Source: Setoptus koraiensis (lineage: Eukaryota; Animalia; Arthropoda). From it: a stretch of 64,000 nucleotides of DNA. This document shows positions 1-12,600 of the stretch, piece after piece; position 1 is the first letter of the stretch; each line of letters starts with the position of its first letter. The DNA lies in assembly GCA_048013815.1 (NCBI GenBank), contig CM106585.1, positions 15,562,001-15,626,000 on the forward strand, in the 5' to 3' direction. The notes beneath the pieces were generated by a model, which did not search any database, had not been told where the DNA came from, and was given only the letters and a program-made list of their open reading frames with translations. Made by a program: the position numbers and the translations under genes.

Positions 1-991
1 GTCCCAACTATATATTGCATTTGCAATAATTTGTGCTATCGAAATAATGATGTTGACTGATCTTGAAGTGGCAAATTGCAAATGGATAATGAACGGATAA
101 TGACGACGATCTGTTTCATTCAAACTCTCTGCAAACTTTTTATCTCTGCAACGCCTGGCACGCGAACCCGATCTTTGCCACAGGTGAGATAGGATGCGGA
201 CAGGCGAGGGCGCCCGCCATTCGTTCACAACACAAAGTGTTTGCTCGTCGATGACAGATTGTCGTCGCGAATGCGACAACAACGCCCGACAATCACAGAA
301 CGAGCCTCACTGTGTTGCCCCAACGTACTCGTTGGTGTCGGATGTGTCGAAAGAGGCAAGCTTGTTCGGATCAGATAGGCCAAAAAGATATTCTAACAAC
401 ACGAAAATTCATTGTCAAGTGTACGATGAGAGCAGACACTTTTTCAGCGCAGTTTATGAAACATCCGCAGCAAAAATACAAATCCCGGCAACAACACATT
501 ATCATACATTGGCGACATTATATCAGCAGATATTTCCAACAGCGTTGCGATAATTATTTGCCAATAACTGACACTACACGATTCGTTATCTTCGCGACAC
601 AATTTTGCAATCGTTGAGCTACGTAACCGTTTGTTATCGTTGCTGTGACACACAGGTGACGCTAGTCGCCGTGGGCCTTGTATCACTGATACCACTGACA
701 ATCAATCGAAATTGGTCTCTTCCAGTCCATGGGCAAGGCCACAACCAGCAGCAACATGTGTTACGTCAATATTACGTTATTCAAGTGCATCAATTAGGGA
801 ATAAGTTTATCTATTTGTCTGGCCATTCCACTTGCTAATTGTTGATTCCGTTATGGACAGTCTGCATTCCAAACTCTGGAAGTTAGATCGGATTTATTGA
901 AAATTAAAATTAAATCACTTCTAGTCCAGTTATGAGTGCGGATTCACAGATGACGGGCGATGATTTCCATTGCAAGCATTGGCCGCTTGGT

Positions 992-3357
992 TTACATTGC
1001 AACGGCACCAGGTGAGCAATGTCCAGTAATATCCTTTTCGCATTCAGCGCCCAATCGTGTGTCAGCCAGCCCTTCCTGTTCGGAGCGTCCGCTGTTTGGG
1101 GTCCGTCGTTTCGCCTCGATGGGCTCCGCTTTGACCACCAGCGTAAACACTAGACCGCCAACAAAACTGCAACCTGCCACCAGGCGCAACAACACGTTCC
1201 AACGGGCGTTGTCGTTACCCCGATCGCCCAATATCTGGCCCGTCACCAGAGCCATCACCAGACCGGATATTCCGCAAGCGCTATGCGCTATGCCCACTAT
1301 GGTAGCCGGATATTTCTCGCTCAGATCGTAGGGCAGCATGGTTTCGCCGCCGGCCCCGAACATCCAAAAGAACGAGATCAATTGCAGCAAAACGGCCACC
1401 AGGGTGATGTTGCAGTTGCTGTACGAGATCAACAGGTACACTATGGCCATGGAGAAGTTTGCTGCACCGGAAAAGATGTGAAGAGCCGAAGAGAATAGTA
1501 TAGCGAGAAAAGTATAGAGGACAATGTTATTTACTACTCAGTAATTAGTTTAGTGGAGCCGGAAATAAGCACGGAAAAGGGGCCAACAGCGAGCTACTTA
1601 CCCAGTCCCTGGAACACCTTTCGCGTGGTGGTTTTGGACCAGCCGAAGGCCTTGTTTCTGACCATGTTCTTGGCCAGTATTCCCACAAGCACTATGAAAA
1701 GAACCTGAATGGCGTACATGACCACGGTGATGGCACTTATCTGTTGGATTAGACACAAACATTGAATTAGCGTCGATCGATAAACTCAGAAAAAAGTCGA
1801 CGAGTGTTTCTCGGGAAAAGTTGTGGGATTATCGCGAAGATGTTCCACTCAATCCGGCATTTTGCGGTTTGAATTGGTACTCACTGTTTCCACGGGCGCA
1901 TGGAAGGGTTTCTTCAGGTAGCTGGCAAGTTCAATTGAGGCGAAATCTAGACACAGCTGATAGGTGAATTTGACCAAAATCAACGACAACACCGAAGGCG
2001 ATGTCAGTATGAGGCCCCAAGGGGTTTTTTCTCTCGCTTGTGCATTGTTATGAGCCGATTTTGGTCCTAGATCACATGTATCGTTGGCATGTGAATTGGT
2101 GTCAATTTTTGCTTTTTCTGTGTCCGGGCAAAAACTGTCCAGCGAGCTGGCCGCTAACGGAGCTTTCTTCCTCATAATTCTGTTTAGCTCGGGCTGGCCA
2201 ACAAATCTACTTTGTTGGGGCGACGAGTCGCTCACGAAAAACCACACAAGTGCCCACACCAGACAGATGGCTCCCGATGACTGAAAAACTAGCGGCCATC
2301 CGTATCCGTTTCCAATGATCACGCCGGGCAGCAGCGAACCCAGCAGGATGCCTAGCGAGAAGGAAACTTTTATCAGGGGCGCAAATATGCTCGTTTCTGT
2401 CATAGTGAGCCATTTGGCAAACAGATCGTACAATGCGGGAAAAATGGCCGCCTGCATGACGCCCAATAGCATTCGAGATGCCACCAATATCTCAAAACTA
2501 AAACGGGCCAAGGCAGGCGTCGCGAAGTTTATAATTGAGGAACCTCCGACGCTCATGAATATCAGATATTTGTTTCCGTATCGCTCAGACAGAACACCGC
2601 CTAGAAGAATGACGAGAGACAGTGGGTGAAAATGACGTTAGCGTATGGTCAAATTTGCAGCAATTTCTACGATCATGCCTGAGTTATTTCACTTCGACAT
2701 ATTGATACACATACCTAAAATCATCAGCGGTGCATAAGTGATGTAAAAGGCACCTAAAAGCAAATTCTGTTGCTTGCTTGTCCAGTTAAATTTGCGATAT
2801 TTCGTCGTTTGCATTCTCTGAATGGACGAGGCACCCGTTGTTATGTTCTTGGCAGGTTGGCCCCCGTCGACAATGGACGACGTAACATTAATACGGTCTC
2901 TCATGAGCGATTTGGCATCTTGTGAACTTGACCTGTTGTTGTTTTTGTCAGGAATTTCTTTGTACAATTTTGTCGGCAGCAAAATTGTCCTGATCGGTAT
3001 CAGATTACTACGGTTGCTGGTTTCAATTCTATCGCCATAGGGACACGAGCCATCGTATTTATTTGTGCGCGGACGACTGGCGTTGACCCGATCCTCGGAA
3101 TTGATGGTCATTTCAACAATGGACACATTCAAATTCATCTTAGACATCTGACACAGCGTTAAACCCATTAAAGCATATATACAAAGTGCAATCCTGAATT
3201 TTTTATCTTTTTCGCCACTTGATTCATTATCGCACGATCTCCTCGCCGGTTCGCTGTATCTTAGCCTGTTGTTTTTGTCTGTAGTCACTGCTGTTGGGGC
3301 CCACTTACCCGTAAATAATGCGATATTCGACGTTGAGCATTTGGTGGATTGCTCCAT
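992..3357 (-). CDS. SLC17-family (sialin/VGLUT/Picot-like) MFS anion/phosphate transporter, 4 exons: 2715-3357, 1885-2600, 1602-1740, 992-1461
   Basis: Joined ORFs give typical SLC17 motifs (FNWTSKQQNLLLGAFYITY, GGVLSERYG, LLGVMQAAIFPALYDLFAKW, GWPLVFQSSG, TPWGLILTSPSV). Three GT-AG introns with compatible phases read from the sequence. Confidence 0.85.
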
Positions 3358-5850
3358 GTTGATGATTTTATTGATTGGAAAAGGAAATTCTTAGAACGGA
3401 ATCGCAGGTCATAAGTTATTCATTCAAGTTTAAGTAACTGTATTGGCATATCTATTGGTGGTTGTCGTAAATGCACGCCATTAGACCGGCTCCGTTTACG
3501 TTATTAATTGAGCGAAACTGTTGACCGAATATTCAACAGCAAAACAATTAAATAACGATTGTTATTGCCGAGCACATGATGTGGTGGTGTTAACCAAATT
3601 AATTGAATTTTCTCAGTTTATCATCCATGAGTCGTTAGTAGAGATAACACAGGTTTGAATCTACTCCATCTTTTATCTTCGCGTTTATCTTAATCCAAGA
3701 AAGTAACATCAACTTGACTATGTGTAAATAACCACTCATGCAATCAACAACTCGCTACACTCAGAACGGATGTGTTGAAAGAAGATGGAGACGATCAATC
3801 TGATTGGAATTGGATCTTGTCAGTTAGTTGACAGCGGAAAATTTACTGAGTTAGTCATCGTTACATCAAATGATAATGAAAGTCAATATGTGCGTCAATA
3901 AATAAACGAGTTTCTCTTTAGTTTTGTAGACATTACAACCTTCTCAACCACAACAATAGTAATTCTGTTCTGTCTTGTGTTTGTATACATAAACATACAA
4001 TTTATATCACAAGATAAGAGGCGAGCCAAGATTGATCAATTATCTCAACTTAGGTAATCAATTGGAAGATCATGCCGGGCGTCTATCGTGCATCGCGAGT
4101 ATTTTCTGCGAGCAAATCCCAAAAAGGAAATGGATGCCAGAGAGAAGGACATTTCAAAAGCAGCAACAAACATCAATCAATCGATATTTCTATAACAGAA
4201 CTCGATTTTGCACCGAATCTGCATTCGGTTAGCTTGGCAGCTCTACCTAGCTGACCTCTGATGCTTACTTGGTGAGTGTTTATAGCGCTCCGGTGACTAT
4301 ATCCGGAAAAGTGCGATGATCAGATTGATACAACTATTATTGATTGACTATAGATATGAGATAGAGAGATAGAATTTAACAGACATGCAATGAGCTGCTT
4401 AAGTTGAGCATGATATATTTTCCGCTTGCGGCTGCCTATGGTAGGCCAAGAAAGGGTTCGCTTGAGCAAATTGGTTGTCATACCCGATGTATTTTTTAAA
4501 GATGCGTGCACTAGACAATATTTTAGACCTCTCGTTGGTGGTATAAAAACACAATTTGCATAAAAATGCTGCTGAATCTGGAATAAGGCGTCATAATTAT
4601 TGTTTCTGTTTTAGTTGTTGCCATTTATTCCGACAAAAATTTTTAGAGATAATTGATTAGCGATATTGAGTCGAGAAAATTGTTTGCATGGGTGCAGGGG
4701 CCATTTTTTCGGATCTTCTGATCTCTCAATATTCCTGTTTTTCTATCTAACGATACCTGCAGTCTCTCCCTCCAGCGTCAAATCAATTCAGAATTCTAAT
4801 CAACATTCTCGTACTTTCATTAGTGATTGAATGATCTCAAGTCAGCAACTAGCACTCTCTCAGGCTTAGCGCTACTTTAAATGCTGCTTCCTATCGAAAC
4901 TGATGCCACACCAGCTTTTAGGGCAATCTAACCTGTGAATCTTCTATCGCTCTTGCAGCAACGCCGTAAATAATGATCGTTCAAGATCACCGTATCAGTT
5001 TTTAGATTAAGGATTACTAAGGAGATCAGAATCTGTTTTCTGTTCTAAAGACTAAAAATCGGGTATGTTTTTATCAAATTTTTAAGGGGACGATATCCCA
5101 CCTTTCGCCGTCTTTCTTAGACCGTGAGGGCCTCCTTTCCTCCCCTGATCACTAATTTCGGCTGGAAGAAACCGAAAAACGTACGTTTGGTTCGCATCAA
5201 AACCGAATCGGAGTAGTTTTAACGACCGATTCTGTTCTCTCTACCAACGATGCATGAGACCGATCACGGCAATCGTCGATACCACTCTCAATGGATACTG
5301 TAATAAAATTAGAAGAATCAATTTCAATCGAAGAATTATGTTACAAATTGCAAAAGTTCAGCCCGGTTACACAAGATTAAGCATCTGCATCTGTCTATCT
5401 ATCATTTTTCAGGAATGTCCAGCATTCACTATAAATATGAGGGAAATCTCCATATATTATGCACTTGTACGTTAGCCTTCATATAGTAAACATATACCTA
5501 CATTGAAGCACGCATACATAGTCCAATCTCAACTTTACTCTCTAACTCTCGTAGTTGGTTTTTGCTCTCTATACGGCGGCATAGCTGGATTGTCACAACA
5601 CAATCAACGTCGGTTCACACCAGCGAGATAGTTCAGATGGACTGATAAAGAATTGGGGGCACTCTGATGAGAGATGGCACCATATAGAAGAAAATGGGTT
5701 TGTTGTCAAGTTTTAAAGTTTTCTCATGTTCTCAATAATCGATCGGATTCCGTAAATCAGACATTCATCGAATATCCATGGTTATTCGTTGCCAATGTGC
5801 ATTGCCTACAAGTATAAATTGGTCTATACGTCACATCAGATGAGCTGGTT

Positions 5851-7821
5851 TCAAAATGCTCGAAGATTACTTTCAGCTGAACCGCCTGGAATTTTAATGG
5901 GCGAAACTGACCAACTGGTTCAGGTTGAAAATGAAGCGGAAATGTATGAGTGTTACACAATGTTGACAATTTGTTGCGAAAAAACTCAATGATGGATATC
6001 AAATACTTACGTGTCAGTGCCAGGATCGTATTCGAATAGGAGGTACGTGTACTCCGATTCGAATACGATCTCCTGTTCACGATCGCACCTTATTAATGCG
6101 TAAAGCAAACCATTGAAGCCGGTCAAACTGGCAATATACGCACTTTCTGTTAGCTCTTCTGGGATTAATTTGTCATCCAGAGATGCTATGCGCGTCCAAG
6201 TGTCGATGCGTGGATCGTACTTTTCTCCGCTAAAGCGATTAGAGGTACGCTTAATGGTATCACAATCTAGTCCTACTGCATAAATCAGTCCTTGAGATGC
6301 TGCAACTTGCAAATCCATTCTCGCTTTGAGCATTCGTGCCCGCGCTTGCCATTGATCAGTTGAAGGATCATAGCGCATGACAGTGTTTGTAAATGTCTGA
6401 AGGCTACGTCCCCCGATTGCATAAATGTAATTGTTCGAGCTGACCAATTGCTGACCCCAAATATCATTTTGCATGGTGCTGCGGTTGATCCACTTCTTAT
6501 CCTCGAGAGAATATTGTAGAAATTCATATTCTTTATGTACCCAATCAGTAATGCTCACGTACAGCGAACCAAGGTGACCGACTAAACCATAAACACACCA
6601 CGGTATGCCACATCTGGGGGGTGGCAATGTATGATGGTAGAATATCTCAGGATGATAGATTGCTGTATGTTTATGCTCCCTATCGAAGATGAAGAATGCG
6701 TCACTTACTAACATAGTCCTTGAATTCGTACCGAATGATATTGGATCTATATCTTCCCAATCATTTATAACGGCGTCGTATCGCTTGAGAAATTTTTCAG
6801 TGCGCTCTCCCGTGAACAAGTACAATGAAATCTCTCTGCAGCTTTCGGGGGACTGTTCTTTATCCATGTTCTCTCGAGAAGTAGAGCTGCTCGAGGCAAT
6901 TCGTTTGCTGGAAAGCAATCCAATCATAGCGTGTCTAATGTATTCACGACATCGTTTGTCATCGTCAATCAACGGATCGTTAGAAATGTCGACGAGATAA
7001 TCAGGCTCCATTTGCGAGAAATCAACATGTTGCAGCAAATCGGGAAGAATCTTCCGACGATCGATACCAGAATCTTGATCGGCATGATTGCACCATTTCA
7101 CGATAGCCTCGTACACAGTTGCTGCAGATGATTTCAGATTGTCACATCTAATAATTTCAATCAATTGACCTGACTCCAATATCATAAATGCATCTCGTTT
7201 GGCAACATCGTCGAAATTCTCCACTATAAACTCTCTCGTAGATTTTGACAAATCCTCAGATGAAAACTTTTGTGCTAGTATGTTTAAACTTATGCAATTA
7301 GATACATCCAAATTATGCTCAATGCTAGGTGGATCGCTCCAGTGCTTGACAAGATTCTGAAGAGATTTTTGCTGATCGATGGAAATGGGTATTTGATCGC
7401 CGGAAGTTGCATCTTGTTCGAACAGTATGTTTGTTGCAGCCAGATCAATCAGGCACGGGGTAAGCTGTTCGAGTGTTTTGTTTCCGAAGAAACAATTCCG
7501 GAGGGTGTCTATCATATCTCGTTTCAAAATCCATGGGTTCTTTTTTTCCATCTCCTCGGGTGGATCATCAGAACCGATATTGTTTGATGTACTACTCAAA
7601 ATTGACAGCCCCATCGAGCGTATTATCGGTATGTGCATATACTTGACCAGCATATCGAGTGCTTGTGCTTTGGCCAGACCAAGGGCCATTGCTGCTTCTT
7701 TCTTGCTGGCACCCCTATTTGCCAGCACGCCTTGACAGCTATCACCGTTGCGGTAAGAGAAAATAATGTCACACCATTGGACGGCTGTCTCAAATATGTA
7801 TTCGATTTCCGGAGTGTCCAT
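5851..7821 (-). CDS. Kelch-like protein (degenerate BTB, BACK domain, Kelch repeats); exons 6011-7821 and 5851-5914
   Basis: BACK-like segment (SNCISLNILAQKF...FIVENFDDVAK...VYEAIVKW) and Kelch motifs (YIYAIGG, VMRYDPSTDQW, GEKYDPRIDTW). The apparent ORF stop overlaps a GTAAGT donor; a 96-nt intron restores YDPGTDTWS. Confidence 0.85.
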
Positions 7822-7874
7822 ATTGAAAAATGTTACAACAACAGCATAGATACCGGTATGAATCGATCAAAAAG

Positions 7875-8264
7875 TTAGTGTATAGTTAGATATATTAATA
7901 AGTAGATTGTCTAATATTAACGGACGATGTAACTAAAAAGCTTCCTATTTATGTCCGGATTCAGTGTAATACTGTGCTCAGCGAGATGAGAGATGGAAAT
8001 GATTATATTTTATCTGATTGATTAATCTCATCTGACTTTGCAAGCCACCTACAATGCCGTTGTTTTGAATTTGTCACATAATGTAATAAAAGAGTAATAA
8101 AAGAGTGTGTTAGTTAGACACAATACAAGCTTTGATGTTTTTGGGCTATACATATAAATTTATGTTTTAACAATTACAGTGCATTGAACAGATCATCATT
8201 CGAGTGGTGCAAAAGTAGTTGAGTAACAGTAAGCGACTATGTTTTGCTGGATTATTGATACATG
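7875..8264. repeat. Non-coding direct repeat copy A1 (upstream region of the Kelch gene)
   Basis: Aligns by eye with 8782-9282 (e.g. gatgtaactaaaaagcttcctatttatg, aatgccgttgttttgaatttgtcacataatgtaat, agttgagtaacagtaagcgactatgttttgctggattattgatacatg). Confidence 0.9.
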
Positions 8265-8764
8265 NNNNNNNNNNNNNNNNNNNNNNNNNNNNNNNNNNNN
8301 NNNNNNNNNNNNNNNNNNNNNNNNNNNNNNNNNNNNNNNNNNNNNNNNNNNNNNNNNNNNNNNNNNNNNNNNNNNNNNNNNNNNNNNNNNNNNNNNNNNN
8401 NNNNNNNNNNNNNNNNNNNNNNNNNNNNNNNNNNNNNNNNNNNNNNNNNNNNNNNNNNNNNNNNNNNNNNNNNNNNNNNNNNNNNNNNNNNNNNNNNNNN
8501 NNNNNNNNNNNNNNNNNNNNNNNNNNNNNNNNNNNNNNNNNNNNNNNNNNNNNNNNNNNNNNNNNNNNNNNNNNNNNNNNNNNNNNNNNNNNNNNNNNNN
8601 NNNNNNNNNNNNNNNNNNNNNNNNNNNNNNNNNNNNNNNNNNNNNNNNNNNNNNNNNNNNNNNNNNNNNNNNNNNNNNNNNNNNNNNNNNNNNNNNNNNN
8701 NNNNNNNNNNNNNNNNNNNNNNNNNNNNNNNNNNNNNNNNNNNNNNNNNNNNNNNNNNNNNNNN
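8265..8764. other. Assembly gap (exactly 500 N)
   Basis: Run of N; the round length suggests a placeholder size. Confidence 0.99.
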
Positions 8765-8781
8765 GGTACAAAATGGACAAA

Positions 8782-9282
8782 TTAGTGTATAATTGGATAT
8801 ATTGATAAGTGGATTGTCTAATATTAACGAAAGATGTAACTAAAAAGCTTCCTATTTATGTTCAGATTCAGTGTAATACTGTGCTCAGCGAGAAGAGCGA
8901 TGAAAATGATTATATTATATCTGGATTGATTAATCTCATCTGACTTTGCTAGCCACCTATAATGCCGTTGTTTTGAATTTGTCACATAATGTAATTTAGC
9001 CCTCCTTCGTGGCTAAACCTCCCACAACAGATCATGATCGACCAAATAGAATAGTCAAAGATTAAAAGATTGTGTTCACGTTTAGAATCAATGAGAAAAC
9101 ATCCACCACATCGATACGACAGAATAGAGTGTGTTAGTTAGACACGAGACAAGCATAGATGTTTTTGGGCTACATGTTTTAACAATTACAGTGCATTGAA
9201 CAGATATATCCCATCATTCGAGTAGTGCAAAAGTAGTTGAGTAACAGTAAGCGACTATGTTTTGCTGGATTATTGATACATG
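8782..9282. repeat. Non-coding direct repeat copy A2, with an extra ~130 bp (about 8996-9125) relative to A1
   Basis: Direct similarity to 7875-8264. Confidence 0.9.
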
Positions 9283-9615
9283 AGCACAGGTAAAACTGTG
9301 GCGAGTTTATTAAGGTCGGAAGGTGGTGAGATTAGGTGAGAAAAATAGACAAAAAAACAAATAATAATTATAGTTGTAACAAGAATAAAAATAAATGCGT
9401 CTATTCTGTAATATTTCGCACAATGCACGGGGCTACGAGATACAGATTACACACAATAACTGTATTGATGGACCATGCTGATTTCTTGTGATCACAAGTC
9501 TGTCTACCAAAGAATGAACAAGTTAAAAGTCAATAAAAATAAGTGACCACAATAACGGAGCGAGAAAATTGACGCGAGGAAAATAAATGATCAAATGGTA
9601 TTAAAATTTATTTTA

Positions 9616-12600
9616 TCATCGATTGATTAATGAGAGTCGAGAGGTCAGTTGTCCAGCATACAGGGGATTGATTGCATATAACCAATCATGCAATTCTCGT
9701 TGCGAATCAGATTGAATTAGATAAGCTCGATGCTTGGTGGTAATTGTGAACACATTTCCTAAGTTCAGATCGTCCTCAGGTTGCTCAATATTGGCTGTTG
9801 TTAGATTTATGATGTCTCTTTCCACCTGTTCTTTGTCATTCTTGTATATTATCAAATAGGGTCTCTTGACCACAAACCAACGCCTAAACCACTCATGAGC
9901 TCTATCCTCTGAATAGTTCAGGTAGCCTCGACGAGAAACGACCAGACTCAATCTGACTTCCTCTATTTCCGGAATGAGTAGACATTTGGCGAATGTCCCG
10001 ATGAGAATATTAGAAGCTGATGTATGACTCATATTAGTGTTGTTGTTATTTGTATCGAAGTCACTCATCATCTTGTGTCTGTGCATTAGAAGATTGTTCA
10101 GCTTATTCGTGGGCGGTATCCAAGTATCGGGACTGGACGCGTTAGATTCTGGAGAGTGATCGTCATTTTGGTCTGTAACACAACTCTGGCATCGAGATTG
10201 AATGTTGTCATTTTCTTGTTGTGGCAGATTATCTAGTTCCTCGTTATTCCATGGCTTATGCCGTGTGAGAAGGTGATAACGCATCAGTCTTAAATACTTC
10301 AGACACAGATTTCTTTCTTCGATAGTCGCGAACCACGGTTCCATGGGTTTTTCCTCCAGCCAATGAGCATTTGATACACTTGCCAGTGACGGACTCCTGC
10401 TCATGGATTGGATCAAATTAAACAGACTAGAGCTGTGTGGTATGCTAGATCTCTTCAGGCTTCCCTGATAGCCATTTCGATTCGTCGAGTCACGTTGTTG
10501 CTGACTTGAATTTGAGTCAATATTGAATCTCTTCGTTTTCCATTCTTTGGCAGACATTCTATGCTTTGTCTTTTCTACCTCACAGAGGCGTAAAATCTTC
10601 TCCAAGTTCCATTGGTGCTCAGCAATCAAAGAATCGATTCTCGGCTCCCATGACTCACAATTCGGTGATCTCTGGTATGCATCTATTGACCACTCAGATT
10701 GAGTCCACGATTGCTCCATGCACGTTGTATTCAATCTAGATAGATTGGATCTGTTTGGCTGAGTTGTGTTTAAAATTGAAGATAAGTTTGCGGATGACAT
10801 TGAGGAAGCTAAAGAAAACAAATTATATGTTGATTGTGAGGAGCTAGGTCTCGGCAGGTTGTGATGTCTAAGACTGCCATGATCAATAGCGCGATACATC
10901 GCCAACTCATAAATCGAGCTCAAGTGGCTGCAATGTTTAGTTGAGTTAGTAAAAAATGATTTTATAGTTTTGCTGTTTGTGTAACTCATCAGCCTCGTAG
11001 CACGACTATCGCGCTCTACTATCATAACAGCTAGATCCTTTGTTATTATTGCTGGTTGAGAACATCCCTCCAAATCTATGTAGACAGATAATGTCAAGAA
11101 TACTCTTTCGTCTAATGGTGTTATCTTGTTTAGGAGAGTCGTATTGTGCAAAGATGTATCCCAATTGGCCTCAATTCTATAAACAATTCGATGGTCTATT
11201 TGATTGAGATACTGACATGATAAGATATTCAAAGAAAGTATGGGATTCTCGGGATCTGTATCACTCGCATCATCTGGATATTCTGCTTGCTTTCTCACTC
11301 TACCAATGACTAGCTCTCTGACATCTTGCCAATTGATCGCGCTATCTTCTTCATGCACAATTGTAATGCAAATTTTCCTCTGAATTCCTTGATGCAGTAA
11401 AAAAGTTGATTTGTGAGGCATTTCATCACACCGATCAACTGTTACAGGTATGTATTCATCGCTGTTCAATGCCAATTCGCATATCTCGAACCATATCAAC
11501 AGATCGAATCTGGATTGAATCTGGGAACTTTTTTTTAACCCAACAATATTCTGAATTTTAGGAGATGGCACTGGTTGTGAAATTGTCATCATATGGGGGA
11601 ACAATCTTTTTGGAGGCTGCCTAACTACGGAATTCCGTGGACCAACATTGCAAAACGGGTGACGCAGATCTTTGGCCTCCCTATGAAGTGGATGTTGTTC
11701 AATATGACCAAAAACTTCAAAGACAATTGGATGGTGTCTCAGATAGTTGATAAAAGCATTTGTTACTTCATTTACCGTGAAATTATGCACACTGTGAAAG
11801 GTTGATGGAGGTCTAGTATTTTTAATAGGATCAGTGCTGAATATTTTCTCTGGCTTGTGGATGAAACTAAATTGACAGAACACGTCCGAATAAGTTTTGG
11901 GTAGATCGATAATGCGGTCGATCTTGATTCTGAAGGTGAATTGCGTTTTAATTCTGAGGTGCTTGTTTCGATCAGACTTTTCATCTGACTCGCACGTGGA
12001 TGGTTCGGGCGTTTTACTTGGCGTTGGAGTGTTTTCGTCGTCATCTTTGATTGTATCATTTTCATCATCTTCTACCTCTTCCTTGATGTCGTTGTAATAA
12101 CTTTCAATGGTCTCTATTGATGCATTGAGGTCAGGATATGCACTAAAAATTATACCATTTGTCTTTTGACAGTACCTATAGCTTGTCGCTTCAAATCTAC
12201 ATGTTCTAAGGTTTGGACAGCATCTATGTTGAAGTAAATCATCCAGTAGATCATCACATTCTCTTTCTACTGATATTAGATTGGCATCACTGTCGTCAAA
12301 CTTCAATTCATGTGACTGTCCACTCAAGTCTTTGGAATCTCTGATTGCTTCTAAACTCACTTCGAGATATCCCTTGACATCTCCGTGCTCATTCACTATT
12401 GGAATCTTTTGTTCGCACTTTGTAGGATATGTTAAATTAGATATGTATAAATAGGCCCTTCCAATCACTTTAAACCAAGACCATCGATCTCTATCATCGA
12501 ATGGATCTCGAGGATCGAATCCATCGCTTGGATTCGAAGTTTCTTGTGATGAATCGCGGGATGCATTATGAATTTCACGCATTAATTCCAATCTCTGTTT

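Noticed and set aside
194-838. Overlapping short ORFs at the window start
   Set aside because: No recognisable protein similarity or consistent splice model; probably the SLC17 3' flank.
4680-5475. Intergenic stretch with small palindromes and a 73-codon ORF, considered as a decayed mobile element
   Set aside because: All frames contain scattered stops, and no recognisable motif, terminal repeat or second copy was found in the window.
8196-8805. Four ORF-track entries of 176-194 aa
   Set aside because: They are artefacts of translating the N gap.
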